Part shown: positions 34,278 through 37,172 of the stretch, piece after piece | How the letters are laid out: every line of letters begins with the position of its first letter | Position numbering within the stretch: position 1 is the first letter of the stretch | Source of the DNA: an uncultured Methanosarcinales archaeon | GTDB taxonomy: Archaea > Nanobdellota > Nanobdellia > Woesearchaeales > CAYSVS01 | Length of the DNA stretch: 37,172 bases | Assembly: GCA_964589485.1 (NCBI GenBank) | Contig: CAZPRK010000009.1 | Location: forward strand, 1 to 37,172 | Direction: 5' to 3' | The notes under the pieces: generated by a model | Databases searched by the model: none | Told to the model about the DNA's origin: nothing | What the model saw: only the letters and a program-made list of their open reading frames with translations | Position numbers and translations under genes: made by a program

Positions 34278-35081
34278 ATGGGACAAAAGAACCATTGGAA
34301 TGAATTAGATGAATATGTTAGACGTATGAAGAAATTTAAATTATTTGAAAATTTAGCTAACTTCTCATTGCCTCCTGCACCTATGAGAAAAAGAGATGGA
34401 TTTTATACTAGTCTAGTAAAAGGAAAAAATAAACTTGATGATAATTATGCTCATGAAATGTTTGATAAAGTAAGTAGTAATATAAAAGATGCTCAAAAAT
34501 ATTCAGGAGAAAGTACGTATAGTTCATTATCTGATGTGAAATACGGAGGTGCTTTAAATCCTTTATCTAATATAAACTATGGTGATGCTTCTTCAATTGA
34601 TAACATTACTTATGGAGATACAAATAATGTATATTTTCCTGAGATTGCTATTGATTCTATAAGTGATAACTATAGTAATAGGTTTGCTACATCTCCTATT
34701 CAAGATAAAAGTATTGACGATTTAGTTTCTCCTTATACTGTGGAATTAAATGGTTATGATCAATATAACGATTCACTTACTTATGAACAATTAGATGTGC
34801 CCGATAGTATATATGTTTTAGATGATTTAATCAAAGAAACTAAAAGTAAATCTAAATTAGAAAATGAGATTAATGAGAGTTTATATGGAACTGATAAACC
34901 TTTTTATGAATTTGGAGTTAAAGAAAAAGAAATTGACATTCCTTATGATAATTCTTTGTCTTTATCTGAGTATTTAGAAACACCAAAATATGAAGATGGA
35001 ATGATTGGTGGAGATTATGAATCAGGAGAAGAAGTAGGTTATGATGCAGGAACAGAAGATGGAGGAGAAGGAGGAGAATAG
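34278..35081 (+). CDS. Hypothetical acidic, Tyr/Asp/Ser-rich protein
   Basis: 267-aa ORF with basic N-terminus, three short [LI]x[DN][VI]xYG repeats and a Gly/Glu-rich tail. Confidence 0.7.
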   Translation: MGQKNHWNELDEYVRRMKKFKLFENLANFSLPPAPMRKRDGFYTSLVKGKNKLDDNYAHEMFDKVSSNIKDAQKYSGESTYSSLSDVKYGGALNPLSNINYGDASSIDNITYGDTNNVYFPEIAIDSISDNYSNRFATSPIQDKSIDDLVSPYTVELNGYDQYNDSLTYEQLDVPDSIYVLDDLIKETKSKSKLENEINESLYGTDKPFYEFGVKEKEIDIPYDNSLSLSEYLETPKYEDGMIGGDYESGEEVGYDAGTEDGGEGGE

Positions 35082-35131
35082 ATACGCCAGTATATAAAAT
35101 TTTAAAAATTAGTTTAATATATTTATTCTTT

Positions 35132-35962
35132 ATGTTAACTGAGTTATTAGAAATATTTCAAACAAAGATTAAAGCTTTAGAAGTACTTTTTGTTTTAGAA
35201 GAAGTAAAACCTGTTGCTAGAATTATGACTTTAGATGACAGAGATATTCTTGCATTTTGTGCAAAGAATAATTTATCCGTACAAGAAGCAGATTTTAAAG
35301 TAAAAATGCTTGATGAAGATAAACAATATAGTAATAAAGGTATAATTCTAGATAAATATAAAGAAGGTTACAAAGTTTTGTATATTTCAAAAGATATAAT
35401 AAAAGCTGATCAAGCAAAACAATTAGAAAGTAATAAGAAACATTACGAATTAGGATTAATTTTAGGATATCCTGAATGTTGTTCTTCTTTTTTTGAAACT
35501 AATTCAGAGAAAGAAGAAGAAAAAAATAATGATTTTATCTTAGCAATTACCAATAATACAAAAGAAATAGATAATTCAATTTATACTAATGTTTTTACTA
35601 CTTACTTTGACCATGCTTTAATTAGTCATTTTCCACATAGTTTTGATTGTGAAGAAAGTATTAAACTTGCAAAAAGAAATTTTGAAATTATAAAAAAACA
35701 TTCAGAAGATATAGCTAATAATTATATTAAAATGTTAAAAAGTATTGCTATTTACACGCCTCTTGGAGTTTATATATTGTATGGGGAAATTGATAAACAT
35801 GTTATTAAACCTGTTAAGATTCTAGCAAACCAAAAAAATGATTTGTATAATTTATTGTATAACTCAAAAACTGTTGAAATTGTAGATAAAAATGGTATAA
35901 GTATTAATAAAAATACTCTTAGAAATAAAAATATGGCAGTAATTAATTTTTGTAAAGAATAG
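35132..35962 (+). CDS. DUF483-like protein
   Basis: VKPVAR, LGLILGYPECCSSFF and ISHFPHSFDCEESI. Confidence 0.6.
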   Translation: MLTELLEIFQTKIKALEVLFVLEEVKPVARIMTLDDRDILAFCAKNNLSVQEADFKVKMLDEDKQYSNKGIILDKYKEGYKVLYISKDIIKADQAKQLESNKKHYELGLILGYPECCSSFFETNSEKEEEKNNDFILAITNNTKEIDNSIYTNVFTTYFDHALISHFPHSFDCEESIKLAKRNFEIIKKHSEDIANNYIKMLKSIAIYTPLGVYILYGEIDKHVIKPVKILANQKNDLYNLLYNSKTVEIVDKNGISINKNTLRNKNMAVINFCKE

Positions 35963-36458
35963 CGTATAAGTTTTTTTTTCTTAAATCTTTAATTTGTTTC
36001 ATATTATTTGGAAGAAAATGTTCACTATATACTATTATAGTTCCTTTGTAATTTGATAATAATTGATCTAATCCTCTATGGAATGGTTTATCTGGATTAA
36101 TGAATATTATATCGTATTGATTAATGTCATGTTCTTCAAAGTTTCCATGAATAAAATTTGCATTTAGTTTTAATTTATTTTTAATGTTAACTCCGGCTTT
36201 TAATAAATCATCGTCTATTTCGATTCCTTTTGCATTAGTAAATAAAGATGCAATTAATGTGACACTTCCATCTCCACTTCCCAAATCTAAAAAATGATTA
36301 TATTTTTCTAGTTTGATTTCTTTGAAAATTTCATGTACTTCATCTAAAATTACTTTTCCCCAAAAACCTAGTTTTGTATCTTTCCAAAGAAGATTTCCGT
36401 TTTTTAAAAGAAAATTATAAAATGCATCATATTCTTTTTTGATTAAATTGTATGCCAT
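35943..36458 (-). CDS. Class I SAM-dependent methyltransferase
   Basis: FLDLGSGDG motif I, GIEID, GNF and YDIIFINPD. Confidence 0.85.
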   Translation of the reverse strand: MAYNLIKKEYDAFYNFLLKNGNLLWKDTKLGFWGKVILDEVHEIFKEIKLEKYNHFLDLGSGDGSVTLIASLFTNAKGIEIDDDLLKAGVNIKNKLKLNANFIHGNFEEHDINQYDIIFINPDKPFHRGLDQLLSNYKGTIIVYSEHFLPNNMKQIKDLRKKNLYAILYKN

Positions 36459-36511
36459 AGTGTTTTGAGATTATGTTAGTTTATATATTTTTATAATAAT
36501 CAAACAATATA

Positions 36512-36519
36512 TTTATAAA
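36512..36519 (+). promoter_or_regulatory. TATA box of tRNA-Gly
   Basis: TTTATAAA ending 27 nt before the mature tRNA 5' end. Confidence 0.6.
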
Positions 36520-36546
36520 TAAAAACTTAATTCTAAGAAATGCGTC

Positions 36547-36648
36547 GCGCTGGTGGTCTAATGGCTATGACAGCGGCCTTCCAAGCCGCTTATCCGGGAA
36601 ATGTTATGGGAAACTATGCATTCGGAAATTCAAATCCCGGCCGGCGCA
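36547..36648 (+). tRNA. tRNA-Gly(UCC) with a 30-nt intron (36599-36628) at non-canonical position 53/54
   Basis: Acceptor GCGCTGG/CCGGCGC plus discriminator A. D-arm GTCT..TGAC. Anticodon arm GCGGC-CT-TCC-AA-GCCGC. T-arm CCGGG[intron]TTCAAAT-CCCGG. CCA is not encoded, and a T-run follows. Confidence 0.92.
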
Positions 36649-37172
36649 TTTTTATTACATTCTGATGCGTTGTCTGACACCGCTTTAAATATGTCCGTGC
36701 TTTACGAGGTTGTAAAGATGGCAGAAAACGACATATATGATTCGGAAGGCAAGTATAACAGATTTAAATCTGGTTTGAGCGAGATGGCTACTGATCCTGC
36801 TACAAGGGGATCAAGGGCTAAATATTGGTGCAAATGTGCTGATAATTTGAAATATTTTGAAAAGCTGTTCATTCGCTTTGATAGTAAAGATCTTTCTTTT
36901 GTTCGTAGGATGAGATTGTGCAAATCCTTTATGATTGTGCTTCATCATACTGACAAGAGATTATCTGTTTTGGATCGTGAAGATATTGACAAGGTTTTAG
37001 CTGGAATGCACCAGGTCTACAAGAGTCCGAAATCAAAATCTGACTTTATTAAAGATATTCGATATATGTGGAAGATTATCTTACCAGAAAAAGATGTCAA
37101 AGGCAGACCTGATGAAATGTTAGTTCCCTATGTTGTCAGACATCTTTCTCCTAAAGTTGATAAAAGTAAACA
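36649..37172. mobile_element. Probable left end of a tRNA-integrated element
   Basis: Visible shift to more G/C-ending codons (CGC, CTG, GTC, TCG, CAC, AAG) right after the tRNA, plus the integrase-like ORF. Confidence 0.45.
36718..37172 (+). CDS. Putative tyrosine integrase, N-terminal part (runs off the window)
   Basis: Open frame to the window end: MAENDIYDSEGKY...LSVLDREDIDKVLAGMHQVYKSPKSKSDFIKDIRYMWK..., resembling an integrase core-binding domain. GAGGT SD and TTTAAATA upstream. Directly downstream of a tRNA. Catalytic residues are not visible. Confidence 0.55.
   Translation, partial: MAENDIYDSEGKYNRFKSGLSEMATDPATRGSRAKYWCKCADNLKYFEKLFIRFDSKDLSFVRRMRLCKSFMIVLHHTDKRLSVLDREDIDKVLAGMHQVYKSPKSKSDFIKDIRYMWKIILPEKDVKGRPDEMLVPYVVRHLSPKVDKSK

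Noticed and set aside
36702..36923. Minus-strand 73-aa ORF in the track
   Set aside because: It is antisense to a longer plus-strand ORF that has an SD, a TATA box and a protein-like sequence.
1..37172. CRISPR array, rRNA or IS transposase
   Set aside because: No regularly spaced repeats, no long structured RNA-like tract other than the tRNA, and no transposase motifs seen by eye.

Overview
Very AT-rich, gene-dense archaeal chromosome segment. RNase P Rpp21, eS1/S3Ae, Nip7, TATA boxes about 23-25 nt before leaderless starts and a BHB-type tRNA intron mark it as archaeal. The gene mix suggests a DPANN lineage such as Woesearchaeota (inference). In order it holds: the 3' part of a giant Cys-rich surface protein; a one-chain tRNA 2-selenouridine synthase; housekeeping genes; and a membrane-anchored Cache-DUF835-wHTH regulator set divergently to a ~7.2 kb operon (11386-18601) of exported or membrane thiol proteins. 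That operon has two proteins ending in KDLPxMVGGC, an unannotated 49-aa lipoprotein ending in the SoxY-like GGCGG, single and triple thioredoxin-fold proteins, CcdA and a DUF255-CcdA fusion. Next come a bacterial-type pentose phosphate cluster (zwf, gnd, pgl, tal, rpe, rpiB, a SIS protein), argS, and a double Fis-HTH plus HExxH peptidase locus whose two promoters share a 49-bp motif. The window ends with tRNA-Gly(UCC) carrying a 30-nt intron in the T-arm, followed by the probable start of an integrated element (N-terminal part of a putative tyrosine integrase). The best candidate for an undescribed system is the GGC-tail/CcdA/thioredoxin operon with its one-component sensor. All family calls come from reading motifs by eye; no database search was run.
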